In this document: piece by piece, positions 49,201 through 61,988 of the stretch
How the letters are laid out: each line of letters opens with the position of its first letter
Numbering within the stretch: the stretch's first letter is position 1
Assembly: GCA_965178125.1 (NCBI GenBank)
Contig: OZ237735.1
Coordinates: forward strand, 310,001-374,000
From: Bilabrum cf. latius
Lineage: Eukaryota
Direction: 5' to 3'
DNA length: 64,000 bases
Made by a program: the position numbers and the translations under genes
The notes under the pieces: model-generated
What the model saw: the letters and a program-made list of their open reading frames with translations, nothing else
What the model was told of the DNA's origin: nothing
The model's database searches: none

Positions 49201-52200
49201 AGTTCTGCATCGCGACCCCAGTCCACACTAAACCTGCAGCTGGCACCACCATAGGATAGACCGGCGTGGAGACTCGAGTCGCTCTGGGAGGCAGTGCAAC
49301 AAGGGGCCGAGCTGGGCGTGACAGCCACTGTTCTGGATGGGGAGCATGTCTCAGGGATCAGCGCGACCGCCAGAGTGGTGCGCAAGAGCAGCGTGTCAGT
49401 AGGCCGCCGAGCGACAGAGAGCGGAGGCGCCGATGGGCTGCTGCTGGAGCACTTTGTGTCTCCTCGTCCTGCCCAATCGGCGCTGGAGGATGTCAAGGCC
49501 GTGCTGCGTCAATCGAACTAGCCCGGCAGCCCCAGCCGCCTGACTGCCACCGGTGTCGCTGCTCTGTAGGCGGCTGATGCGCAGAGTGCCGAGGGCAACA
49601 GCGCAGTGTGCGTGGAGGTGGAACTGGGATTCACAGTGATGGGTCAGAGCCAGGGCCAGGGGCCAGGGGCGGGCACGCTTCGGCGCGTGGCCGTGTTCGG
49701 GTCCGTTGGGCCCGGCATCGCTCCGGAGCTGCTTGGCTCACCGGTGGACCTGGCTCTCTCGGAGTGCTCTTCCCTAGGTGCGGTGGCAGGGGGCGAGGGC
49801 GACGAGGGTGTGCAGGTGGCGGTGCTGGAGCCAGTGGCAGATCCCGAGGAGCTGGAGCGACGGATCGAGGAGGGCGGGCTGCATCCGGCGTCCATCAAAG
49901 CATCTTTGCTGGTGGACTCAGTTCCCGAGAGACAGTTTCCAATGGGTGAAAGCGCGCTGATTGCCTCTATGATCCAGGAGACCCGCTTTGGCATAGGCAT
50001 CCCGGCGGCTCCGATCGATGGGGAGGGCGTGATTGTGGCGTGCAAGGCGCACAGTGCTGCAGCCGCACAGGGGGTTGAAGCCACCGGTGCTTCTGACCCC
50101 GGACTGGTGGCGGTGCCGGCTGTGCAGCAGGTCGTTTTGCCTGGGTCTGCGTGGTCTGGCGGGAGAATCCCTGAGATCCAGATCAGGATTCAGCCGTCGA
50201 GGGCAGCGGAATCGGGGGATGCAATGGACCAGGCGCCGAGCGGCGATGGACTATAGACAGTGTGGGTGGTGTGCGTGCTTGCAGGCACAACTGATGCCGA
50301 TGCATCCCAGATAGTCTCCCAGGCTTTGGCAGCAGGTCCTGGATTCCAGCCCTCCGTGGAAGCCATCTCCAGACTCGCTGGCCCTGGCCCTATGGCAACA
50401 TACCAGAGCCCCATCGCAATGGCCATCCCGGTGCGACTGCAACCGGTCCGCTGGCCCAAGCCAGGTGACATCCTGACGAGGCTGCCGGACGCAGTGTGGG
50501 GCACAGAGGCAGACGGTGCGCTGGACTGGAGACCGGCACCAGGGTCTGCGGCTGAGCTGCTAGGGCGGACATCGCGGTACGTGTCGGCGTGGGGGTCAGG
50601 CGCGGGAGCAGGCAGCGATGCTGGAGGGGGATTGGGCGCACCCACCGGGTATCAGAGCAGGGCCAGCAGGCGACTCTTGCATCGACCATCTAGCGGACGC
50701 TAGCTATCGCCTGGTCTAGGTAGGCGACTATCCAATGACTCGGCCGGGCCCGATAGACAGCAGTAGCAGCTGCCGTCGAACGCGTCATCGGAAGAGTTGG
50801 TGCGAGCCAGGCAGGCGGCTCGGTCACCCAACTCGCTCAACCCATGGGCGGGTCCCAAACTGATCGTCAGTGGGGCCGCAGCAGTGACAGTCGCTTGTCC
50901 CCTTGCATACGATGGGGTCTCCAGGGTCCCGTGCCTCCCACCAACCGCGCTGGTGTTCGTGGGTGGGGTGCAAGCCACAATCCTGGATGTGTCTCGAGAG
51001 TTTGACGCGGCGCGGGTGCAGCTGCCCGAGCAGCAGAGCGTGTGCGGTGGACCGCCGGGCCGCAGCAACAGCTCCACAAGTGGACTGGCAGGACAAAATG
51101 AAGCTAGCACAGTGTGCGGCGTGCAGGCTGTGCTGATCGTCCCCCCTCCGCTTCGGACACCAGAGGGCTTCGCACACCCGTCGGTGGAGTGGCCTCCAGT
51201 CCTGGACTTTGATGGCATCGAGCAGACTGAAGGCGCCGGTAATTCTGTGGTTTTTCGCCGACGCGCCCTGCAGCAACTCAACGACACGTCTCCGCCATAT
51301 GCGACCGGCGATCCGCAGCTGGTCCAAGCGGACACTACCACGGCTCGCATTGCCCGTGCACTGTGCGGGAAAGAGGCAATTGTCCGGCAGTGGCGATCCG
51401 CAGGGGGGCGGGCGGCTGCCTCGGGGGGAGAGATACAGGGGTGCGTGCTGGTAGCACCGGCTTCGGTATAGTCAAACGTTGCTGCAAAAGCCCCTTCGGA
51501 GCATGAGGTGATGCACGTGGCAGGAGCAGGGCACGAAGTGCCAGACGGAGACATCGCGGCTCTCGTGTTGAAGGGGGGCATAGAGTACGTAGAGCAATGC
51601 GTGGGGTATCCCGAGCCAGGGGCCCTATGCGCGGATCGAGAGGCAGTGAGGGCGGGTTTAGTCTGCGCTTTTGGTGCGGGTGACGAGTGCAGGGCCTGTC
51701 CCAGCGGTGCGGCGTGCCCCGGTGGATTCAAGGCGCTTCCTTTGCCCGGGTACTGGTCGCAGGAGGAAGACAGTGGGCTCGTACTCAGGTGCGACATGCC
51801 TGCCGAGCAGCGCTGCCTGGGCTGGGATGAGGCCGTGGAGATGTCGATGTGCGGGGTAGGATACAGGCAGGATTCCACCGCGTGTTCCAGGTGCGAAGAC
51901 GGGAGGTATCCTGAGACAGACGGGAGCTGCCAGCTGTGCCCGTCCTCCCCGTCCATCTGGCTGCTGCTTTAGCCTCTTGTTCTCTATGCGGGAGGGGTGG
52001 CCGGGGCAGCGCTTGTGCTGCTGACTGCAGTGTGCGTCGTGGCGCATTGGCGGGGCATTCCATTGAAACTTGCCGCAACTAGAGCTGCCCAATTCACTCT
52101 GTACACCGGTGCTTTGCTGCAGACCGTTGCGCAGGCTGGCAGGGCGGTGCAGCCGGGCCTGCCCCAGTGGTACTACACGGTGGTGCGGATGCTGGACGTG

Positions 52201-54897
52201 TTCCGGTTTGAGAGCTCTGCGCTGGTGCACCCCGACTGCATCGGGGCGGTGAAATTATCGCAGGAGATGCTAGTGCTGAGCCTATCGATCGCTCTCGTCC
52301 TGGGTGGCTATGTCACGTTCTGGTTTGCCGGGCTGCCGATCGAGGTAGAGGTGACTACAGCGAGTGTTCCAGCTCATGACAGCGATGGTAAATCGTCCAG
52401 TAGCGGCGGTCCATCTGGGACTGTAGGTCAAGCGAGTCAGGACGGGACCCAGTATGCGCTGTAGTAGACCACTGCAAGGCGTCGTAGGTCCAGCGCCAGC
52501 GTACTGCTTGCCTCGCTGCAGTCCTCCTCTGGTACACAATCGACCGCATGGACGAATGGTTCAGTCGTTGGTACAAACAGGGATACAGAGCCCGTCAAGA
52601 CTGGGGTTGCGCTGCGTGGTGACGGGTCAACTTCCCTGGGCATCGCCTCTAGAGGGATGCTCACTGCGGCATCGCTCGTGTACGCCGTGGCTTGCACCAC
52701 CGTGGTGCAGGTGCTGGACTGCAGGGCGCCAGGGACGCTGGCGAGTGTGGCCGATCCCGAGGCAGTGCAGTCCGTAGTGCTGCCTGAAGAGGCACTCGGG
52801 CTGGGCAGCAGTGGGGGTGCGGGTGGCAATGGGTCTACTGGACTGGGACCCGGGCCGTAGGATGGCCCGCAGCAGCAGAACGCGACAGACGCAGGGTTGG
52901 AATCGGAGCAGCTGATCGCGCAGGTGCTCGCCACCTATGGGCACTCCCTCGATCTGCGAGAGGATGGGGCCACGCTGCTGCTGTCTGACCCTACCGTGGT
53001 GTGCTACCGTGACGGCGCGCACGTGATCGCCGTCAGTCTGGCGTTGGTGGTCATTCTCGTGGTCATTGTGGGGCTGCCTTTGTACCTGCTGCTGGTGATC
53101 ATCCCGCAGATCGATGCCTCTGTGGCTGCCTCACCGGCCTCGGAGTGGCTCCGATCGACCAAGAGGCTGCTTGAGGCATCTCTGCTGGATCGTGCTAGAC
53201 GGTCGGACGCATCGCGATCGTGCGGCTGCTTGCCTGTATGCGTTGGGTCGCAGTCAGCGTCATCCACGGCAAGCACATCGGGCTCGGGTCCTCTGCAGGT
53301 TGCCCGCAAGAGCACCTCTGGGCCGCGAGCCGTGTGTACCGGGGCTGCGGCTGTTGCAGCTGCTGGGCTGTCCAAATCGGATCGAAGAGACATGAAAGAG
53401 TTTCTGTCGCTGCAGCAGCTCAATCGCAGGTACATGTTAGAGCAGCAGCTCCTGTTTCTAGAGGCGCGAGCACATGAGGCGCTTCGGACGGGGGATCAGC
53501 AGCCCAAGCACTCCGGCACCGTGGGAGCTGCTACGATGCAGCACGGGCGCGGTGGAGGCAGGCGGTCGCGCGAGGGTCCAAAACTTGCTGTTGCCAGCGA
53601 GAAGGTGCGCCGTGGAAGAATCAATCCCAGCTTCCAAGGCAGCAACGCACTGGCGCGTGTGACGACACGCCGGTCCTCCAGCCAGGGAGCCAAGCACTCC
53701 GGCATGCACCAAGGAAACGAGTCCAAGGACAGCGCGGGGAGCTTACTGGCCTCGCATGCAGTAACGCGGGGGCAAGCACGGGCCTCGTCAACAGGCAGAT
53801 CGAACAGACCGAACAGCCAGGGTCCGCGACGGAGGGCCGCGCGTCCGGTGCGGGGAGTCACCGTGTCACCAGCGCTGGCCCGGGAACTGCTCGAGACAGT
53901 GCGGGACCACGCTCGCATCCTGCGGCAGACCCACCGTTTGGCGTATTTTGCGGACGGGGACTATCGCGCTTCCAGGGCGTGGGTGCGGGTGGTGGACTGG
54001 ATGGTGCTGGTGTTAATCGCCAGCCTAGAGCCGCTGCGTGTGCCCCTGGAGCCGGTGCGGGTCATCCTCACCGCATCGCTGCAGGTGACGGTGCTGATGG
54101 CAGCCGCGCTGGTCTTCCAGCTGACGTCTCCGTTCCTGGCAGAGTTCGAATGGAAGAGGGTAGGCAAATTGGGCACGCTGCTGCTGTCCTCGCTGGCGGT
54201 GGCGCTGAACGCCGTGGCGGCACTGAGCCAGGATGCAGCGCTGCAGGCACGGTCTGGGCATCAGCTACAGGACCTTGCCCTGGGTCTCACGTACACGGTG
54301 GGCGCGGGCAGCATCACCTGCCTCTCCGTACTGTTCGTCATGTTCTGGTGGACGATCCTGCAAGCAGATTTGGACCACCCCGAGGCAATCCGCCGCAAGA
54401 TTGAGCTCGAGAGGTGGAACAAGCTGGATGATGATGATGATGACGAGGATGACAGGAACGATCCTACCGCGAGGCCAGCGGGGCAGCAGGCCTGCATCTC
54501 TGCAGCCAACCCAATGCTTGCGGGCAAGTTGGAAGCCAAACGTGGCGGCAGGAGGCGACGCGGATCTACTAGAGACCTCTCGGCAGTGCTGGGCTAGGAC
54601 CAAGCTGGATCGAACGGATGGGCGCAGCTGCGTGCTCTCGTCGGGCAGCGGAGATCCAGTCGGTCCCTGCTTGCGATTTTGGGGGAGGACAAGGACGAGG
54701 ACGGGTTGGAGAACAACCGAGGTTGCACCGGTGCGGGGCGTGGCGGGGCGAAAAGCACCGTGGTGGGGACGAGAAGGATGCGGCAGAACACGATGCTTGC
54801 GATGGACAGTGTGCTCGGAATTGGGCCGGGGGGGTTGTCGAGAGAGCGCATACAGGCTGGAAGCGGCAGAACAAGACGAGGGTGGGCGCTCGGTTGA
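40300..54897 (+). CDS. Giant surface protein (~4,800 aa): 30 FG-GAP (integrin-alpha-like) repeats with S/P/T linkers, long ectodomain, Cys-rich juxtamembrane region and multi-pass TM domain; 5' end uncertain
   Basis: One frame from the TGA at 40297 to the TGA at 54895-54897 with about 30 TAG and no TAA/TGA. FG..LGDMDGDGVPELAVGA motifs. Probable intron 47293-47385. CRACPSGAACPGG..PGYWS Cys-rich region at ~51690-51945 is followed by several hydrophobic segments. A possible first exon starts at ATG 40159. Confidence 0.85.
41690..45675 (+). repeat. Three near-identical 1314-bp tandem units, each encoding a 438-aa FG-GAP module
   Basis: The same ORF pattern recurs at 42805/44119/45433 and 42145/43459/44773 with only a few substitutions. 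Confidence 0.95.
47110..47255 (+). repeat. 18-bp coding minisatellite, (A/T)SPSTT x ~8, mucin-like stalk
   Basis: Tandem gccagcccgagcaccact / accagcccgagcaccact units. Confidence 0.9.
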
Positions 54898-55463
54898 GCA
54901 CTGGGTGCCATCCGTGATGGTGATACCCTGCCGGTGATGCCTTCGTGTCTTGACTCGTGACTCATGAGTCGTGACTGGTGAGTCGTGAGTCATGGTATTA
55001 AGGAGACAGAGTCTGATTCGTTGTTGACGTCAAATGAGATGATGAGCGTCTGTGCGATGATGATGGCTCTGCGAAGAAGGAGAACGCCGCAACACCTTGT
55101 CCGTAGGTGGGAAGAGGAATTGTAGCATTAGACATCGTAATCTGATTAACGGAAGAGGCAGGCCACGAAGAGTGGAGGTCGATGCCATGTCTGGTTGTAT
55201 TTGGGTGGTTGAGTCTGTAAAAGAAGCTTTCATGGAAGTCACGATGTCAATGATCAAAGGATGAGCTCCCGCACCCGCCCGCCCCCGCGAGAACGTAGTG
55301 CCAGTGAGAGCATTGCCTGATTGTTTGAGTATTGATGCGTGTTACCTTTTGCAGATGAACTGATGATCCGGATAGTGGGAGCCATCCATTCGGAACAAAC
55401 TCAAATCGCCAGCATTGCAGATTTTCGTAACCTACCTTCGCTCTGCTGCTCCCGCCGTTCTAC

Positions 55464-58400
55464 ATGGAGCTTATAATTCTCTTACTAGCTCATTCTTCCG
55501 TGCTGGCGCTGGGGTCCTTAACAAGCGACGCTGACGAGGTAGTTGTAGTTGGGAGCCCATCCAGCTTGGATCTCACCGGCAAGGCGCTTCTCTTTAAACC
55601 AGCTGGGTCGCACGTGTCCAGATTTGATCCTCTTGTACCGGATATGCAGGGTTCCTATGTGTTTGCTTCGTCTGGCTCAGCTGGAGGCGCTGTTACCGTG
55701 GTGCAAGCTTGGGATTGGCAGGAGGATGGCCGGTCGCCGAAGCGTACCTTCCTGCATGACACGTTCCGCCACACCTAGACAGCATCATCTGGATATATGG
55801 ACTCAAATGAGCAGTACCAAGCGTGGCGAGTGACAGGAAACGCTGCTATCGGCGGAGGATTCATGAATCTGCATCCCCCCGGAGACGCAGCTACATACAA
55901 CGCCAATCTCACCGAGATAGACTTCTTCTCGCAGCCTGTCAATGTAACTATCTCCAGTGTGTATTCGAAAGGCCCGGTAGTACTCAACATATCGCTGGCG
56001 CCTCCATTTCTGCCCCGAAGCCAGGGTCTTGTCGTATCCATCGAAACGCTGACAAACCGCGTCTCTGTCGCAGCCCCAGGGCGCGTCGCGACCGGATTGC
56101 TGCCTGAAACATGCACGGCCAGCTCTATTGGAAAGGGATTCCACGGTATGCAGCTGGAGCTGCTCGTGCTAGCGCGCTCGGCGAGCATCGGAGCGCGGTG
56201 CTCCCCGGGCTCTGCTCTCGTCAGTGCGCCTCGAGCTGGAGCAGGGGCAGACAATCCATCGGACTACCCTGCGCCGCTGCCCGTGATTGCCCAGCTGAAG
56301 GATACAGGGATCGACTGGCGCGACTGGGCGCGGGCAGCGAGGGCAGCACCTGGCCAGAAGCTGTCCGTCGGCTCGGCTCTGACCCTCTCAGCTGGCTCGC
56401 CTCCCAGCCTGACAGGAGGTGGCGCTCCGGGGACAAAAATGGCAGCGACTCATTTCAATCATGGCCGCCTCATGGCTCCCGATACTACATTCATCGCGTT
56501 TGGAGAGATCGTCGCCGAGAGCACGCTGTACAGGCACCCAGGTGGGCGGCTGCCTGCCGTGCTGCTGCCCGTGCCCAACCTAAGTGAGACAGTGCTGAAC
56601 GCGCCGCCGCTGGGCAAAGGATCGGCCGCCGCGACGGACGGCCTCGGGTTCTTGGATCCGACCAAGCAGCCCTTTGGTGCCATCGCGCACCCCCCTTCCG
56701 TACTGGACGCAGCAGGAGACGATGAAGACGCTCGTGCCAGGGTGCTAGCAGGGCTGGCCCCTAGCACCGTGCAGCTGCAGCGGGCCATGGATTGGGCCAG
56801 GTCACACGCCAGCGAGATCAGGCTGCCCTACGGTCTGTATGTGATCAACGACACGCTCTGGATGAACTAGACGGAGAAGCTGAGCGCCGTGGATCCCCTG
56901 ACAAAGGACAAGAACTACTGGCAGGGCGCCAGGCTGAACCCAGTGGTCATCAGGGGAGTGCCCTCGCCAGCGGGTGACATGCCCGTCATCGCACTGCCGG
57001 CATCACAGGCGGGATTCACCAACGCGAGCGCCCCCCGGGCACTCATCCACAGCGTGATGATCAACGCGCAAGGCAATTTGCAGCCCAACGCGAACGCCAA
57101 CCAGGTCGTGCAGGACGTGCGGGTTGTCATCGGCAAGGGCAATTTCGGGGCCGTGGGCATCTACGCCAGGGGAGCGCAGGGCGTGTCCATGCAGAACGTC
57201 AGGATCGAGGCAGGTGACGGCCTGGCTGGATTCTCGGGCGCATCAGGCAGCGGGGGCTCCCACATCGGTGTGCATGTGACGGGGGGCAGATACGGCATCG
57301 ATTTCACCGCAGCGCAGCCCGCGCCCGTCGCCACTGGGTTTACCTCGGTCAACGCCAAGTGCTCTGGGCTTGCGTACGCCGGGCTGCAGACCCTCACTGC
57401 GGTTGGCCTCAACATCACGATGCAGAATTCCTCGCTTTAGGCACCCATCGTCGCGGGGTGTCCCCTGCCGCTGGTGGCTGGCTGCGAACTGCCGCAGATG
57501 CACAACGTGCAGCCGTGCACCAGCCCAGCCATCTCCTCCCAGCTCTCTTTGATCGACTCTGTGATCGATGTGGGGCAGGCTGCGACTCCGCAAGGGGACC
57601 AAGCCGCCATCCGAGCGGGCACTGCGCTGTATGCCAATAACCTGTACGTCAGAGGCAGGGGCGTGATCGCTGCATTTCCCGATGGATTCGAGTACAAGGC
57701 GCAGGGTGCCTCGCTGGGGTCATTTATGCGTGTTCCTGCGTTCGGGTACGGCGTGCAGCCCCCTCCAATGCCCCCGACGCCCAACAGGAGCCTGCATGCG
57801 GCAGTCTATTTAGACGGCGTCAACCAGAGCCTACCTCTGTACAACAAGAAGCAGAACTTGGTGCTGAATCCACCGGTGGATCTGCAGTCCAGGCACCTAT
57901 TCGAGGGCCAGGATCCTGCCCTGCTGCCTGACTGGCGCACGCCGACCGACGGAGCGGTGAGGGCAGACACGATGGGAGCAATGGGGGACTACGTCACTGA
58001 CGATTACCCGGCACTGCAGGCAGCCGCCGATCTGGCGGCCAAGCAGGGGCCCGACCAAGGGCGGCAGGGCCTCCTTCTCATTCCCCGAGGTGTGTATCGC
58101 CAGAGCCAGACCCTCAAGATCCAGTCGGGTGTGTGCGTGGTGGGTGTCGGGCTGCACCTGACCAGCCTCGTGCCGGACCCTTCCACGGACCTTGCGAATG
58201 CATCCGTGCACGTGGACTCCACGGGGCGAAGCCGCCTGCTTGGAGCTCCCGTGCTGCTGGTGGGATCTGAACGGACCAGGGAACAGGCCGAGTCGAGGGC
58301 GAACCCTCCCGGGGGCGATGCGGTGTCGTGTCTGGCCCGGATGTCCATCATGGTGCTGTCGTCACCCTTGCCCGTCGGTTGCCCGAAGGTCTGTTTCTTC

Positions 58401-58916
58401 CTCGTCAAACAGATCCATGGCTCCCTGGCTCCCATGCGTGCTTGTGGCAGCTGCTCCTGCTTCTGCTTGCCGCCATCGATGCGCGCCGTGCCGCCTCATC
58501 TCCCTCCTCGTCTTCGTCCATGCCACCCTCGCCCCCAATGCCCAGCCCAAGCAGATTCACGATATCACCGGTGTCAGCACAATGCCAGGCACCTCATAGA
58601 GTGGGCGGGGCACGGGGGCTGCCTTGGAGCTGGCGTGCCAGTGTTGGCAGGCGGGTGGGTGTGCTGGCAGCCGCCCACGCCGATGCTCGACAAGTCACCG
58701 CCCGCCACGGCTCCCAGCTCCAGGGCTTGCAGTACAGAGCACTGGCAGTGCCAGTACATGCACAGAGCCAAATGCCTTGAAACGGCCTCGCCCGCCTCCA
58801 GGCTGGCCGGGCAAGCCGCCCCATTGCGAGCCACCCAGCACGCGCGGCCGGAGATCCGCCCGCTTAAGCTTCCGAGAGCATCTGCTGGCCCTGGCAAGCG
58901 CTTGATTGGAGCATAA
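55464..58916 (+). CDS. Secreted parallel beta-helix protein (GH55/pectate-lyase-3-like); native sequence ends at ~58350 and the frame runs on into a transposon
   Basis: Signal peptide. First beta-helix cap LQRAMDWA..LPYGLYVINDTL; second GAMGDYVTDDYPALQAAAD..LLIPRGVYRQSQTL. TAG at 55776, 56868 and 57438. The TAA at 58914-58916 lies inside the element. Confidence 0.7.
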
Positions 58917-59336
58917 TTGGTATTGCTAGTTGGCTTGGTTGATAGTGGTTATCGTTCGGCAGAGTCCCCGACGTTCGCGACGAGTGCTGCCAATGCATTT
59001 GCATGTTTGCGCGATGTAGGAGCTGAGACTCTTCATATTTCGCAGATACTGACCGATATATCAGCAAAATAGCCGTGCCCGAGCCGAAAAAAAGAAAACC
59101 CTAGGCTCGGGCGGAGGGCGCCCCTGCCCGAGCCCAATGCTAGGCTCGGGCGCAGGTGCTTGGCGCCCGAGCCTAACATTCCGCTCGGGCGCGATAGCTG
59201 AAATCGCGGCAAACCCAGTTTAAATATAAAATGATTCGGCTCGGGCAAAGTTGCCTTTTGCCCGAGCCGAAAGTTTGGCTCGGGCAGGGGCGCCCTCCGC
59301 CACAGCCCAAAGTTCCGCTGCGGCGCCAGCGGGGGA
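58351..59336 (-). mobile_element. Truncated, inverted second copy of the 37783-39555 element (one TIR plus ~710 bp of internal sequence)
   Basis: Reverse complement of ~37783-38772; identical 67-aa MLIYRSVSAKY ORF in both copies; TIR at 59062-59336. Confidence 0.9.
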
Positions 59337-59410
59337 CGCGGTGCATCATGATGAGGCATTCTCATAGATATTGGCTTCTCCCGCGCTATTTCCTTGCTTT
59401 CGCACGAAGT

Positions 59411-61988
59411 ATGAGGTCTGTGACCACCTTAGTCTTGGCAAGTGCATGCTCATTTGTGCTAGGATTCCGTGACCCAACCCCGCTGCCCCATGGAATCTCT
59501 GTCGACGTCAACGGAAGCCCGGTCAGCTTGGAAATCTTCGGTCAGTCCGCCTTCCGCCTTGGTGTGGGGCGGGATGGCCACGACAGCAGCCTTTTTGTGG
59601 TTGATCCCCAGTCGTACGCCGGTTTCAAGCAGATCCAGAACGGATCATACGTTGGAATCTCGACGTCGTTCGGAAGCCTCCAGATCGATCCACAGTCAGC
59701 GGCGTTCTAGATGCTGGACTCCAACGGGGAGATTCTCACGCAGTCCAGCAACCTATTCCCAAGCGAAGACCGAGCCGGTTCAAGCACTTGCGATAACCCG
59801 AGGCAGGGCATGGATGCCCAAAACCCAGTTCGTGTGGACGGTGGCGGAGCTTACTCTGGACAGACGCAGGCCTCGTGCTGCGCAATGTGCGACAAGAACA
59901 GTCAGTGCACGGCCTGGGTGTACGCTACCTCTGATCCTTCCCAGGGTGACAACTGCTGGCTGCTCAAGTCGAGCACCGGCACGTTTTCGGCCGGCGATCG
60001 CGTGTTCGGCGGCTCGGTGGTGCCTCCCCCTCCCCCGCCCGGCCGGTCGATCCAGCTCAACCACGACGGCGACGCCCTCTTCTTCGGCTCTGGTACCGAT
60101 GAGGGGTCATCCTCTCAGCTCGTGCGCACGAGCGGAGAGGCGAGCGTGGGGAACACCGTGATCCACACCCCGTACTACTGGTCCAGCGCCGGGTACTCTG
60201 CCCTGGGTCTGCGCCAGTCCAAGTGGCAGCAGCAGCAGAGCGGCAGCGGCGGCCAGCGGATCAACTGGCAGTACGTCACGGACCTCTACCTGATGCCAGC
60301 GGCTACCTCCGATGAAGGCACCGCTGCCCTCTTCGAGCTGACCGGCACCCCCCCTGTGCCACCGAGGTACGCCCTCGGCTTCTTCGCCTGCAGGTGGGGC
60401 TGGGACCACGAGGACTACATCTGGTCCATCCTGGACCAGTTCAGGGGAGGCTCGTACCCCATCGATTCGATCATCTCGGATTTCAGGTGAGTGATGAGCT
60501 CGTTGCTTCGGAATCTCGCATTGCGCCGCAGCCTTGTTTGAATGCTCCACTGCTCACTCACCACCGCTGCCTCGTCTCTTGTCCCTTGCGTTCTATGCAC
60601 CCTCCCGCAGCTGGTTCACGAACGAGAGCGACTACAACTTTCCTCCGACCGGCGAGTCGTTCTACGAGGACTTCGGGTACAACCCCGCGACGTACCCCAA
60701 CCCCCAGAGCGAGTACCAGCGCATGCACTCACAGTACGACATCCTCTTCGGCGGCATCCGCAAGCCTCGGCTGGGGAACTCGCAGCTGCTGCAGCAGGCC
60801 TACAGCAACGGGTGGACGCTCGGGCAGGATGACCGCAACTTGAACTACTCCGAGTCTGCGGTCCGCGACTGGTACACCCAGCAGCAGATGCACTACCACA
60901 AGGACGGGGTTACGTTCTACTGGAACGACGAGGGAGAGACGGAGCTGTTCACCTTCTACTGGTGGAACGTGGCGCAGGTGCAGACGCTGGAGCAGTTCAA
61001 CAGCAAGCTCAGGTTCTTCAGCATCAACCGCGCCTTCACGCCCGGCATGGCCAGGCTCGGCGCCTCGATTTGGACCGGTGACGTCCCGGCCTCCTGGGAC
61101 AACCTCAAGGGCGCCTCGGGATACGCTCTGAACTACGGGCTGGCATCCATGCCGTACGTAGCGTACGACACGGGAGGCTTCGCGGGCGACACGACCACCT
61201 TGATGCTGGTGCGTTGGTACTGGATCGCTGCCCTCTCCCCCATCATGCGGGTGCACTCGACGCATGCCAACGTGCCTCACTTCCCATTCCTATGGGGCGA
61301 GCCTGCCGGCAGCGCCATGAAGCAGGCGCTCGAGCTGAGGTACAGGATGGTGCCCTACCTGTACTCGCTGGCGCACCGCCTAACCAGCGAGCATAAGCTC
61401 ATCATGCGGCCCCTGATCGCGGACTTTCTGTCCACGGACCGCTCCGTCGCCTACATCTCGACCCAGTGGATGGTGGGCGATGGCCTCATGGCAGCGCCCT
61501 GCGTCAGCCAAGACAACTCGAGCAACACGTACTTCCCACTGGGCTCCGGCACCTGGTTCGAGTTCAACTCCACGGCCACGCACTCGGAGGGCACCAACCA
61601 GACCTTCTCGAACATGCCCCTGGACCAGATGCCACTCTACGCCAGGGCAGGCACCGTCCTTCCCCTGGGCCCCGTGGTGCAGAGCACCCGGCAGCTGCCC
61701 GGTGGGGACCTGGAGATCCACGTGTACGCGGGGGCGGACGGCAGCTTCACTTTCGTTGAGGACGACGGGGAGACCCACGACTACTCCACTTCGCCCAGCA
61801 CCGCCACCAAGCAGACCGAGTTCAAGTGGGACGACGCCTCGAGGACGCTGTCATGGACCGTGACCGGGTCCTACGACGGCCCCACCAACTTCAAGAGCGG
61901 GCAGGCGCGCTGCTTCACCCAGGGACACAGCGTGCCCACCGTGTCCTCGGTGGTCTCTCTAGCCTCGTCTGGCTCGCTGCAGTGCTGA
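59411..61988 (+). CDS. Secreted GH31 alpha-glycosidase with an inserted PAN/apple-like domain; intron 60487-60610
   Basis: Signal peptide; LTGTPPVPPRYALGFFACRWG; WNDEGE nucleophile region; WTGD; DTGGF; LRYRMVPYLY; EDDGET. TAG at 59708; ends TGA. Confidence 0.9.

Noticed and set aside
13774-54897. TAGs as acceptors of tiny introns, A-to-I editing to Trp, or pyrrolysine
   Set aside because: No consistent nearby GT donors, repeat alignments are gap-free across TAG, and the aligned residue is Gln.
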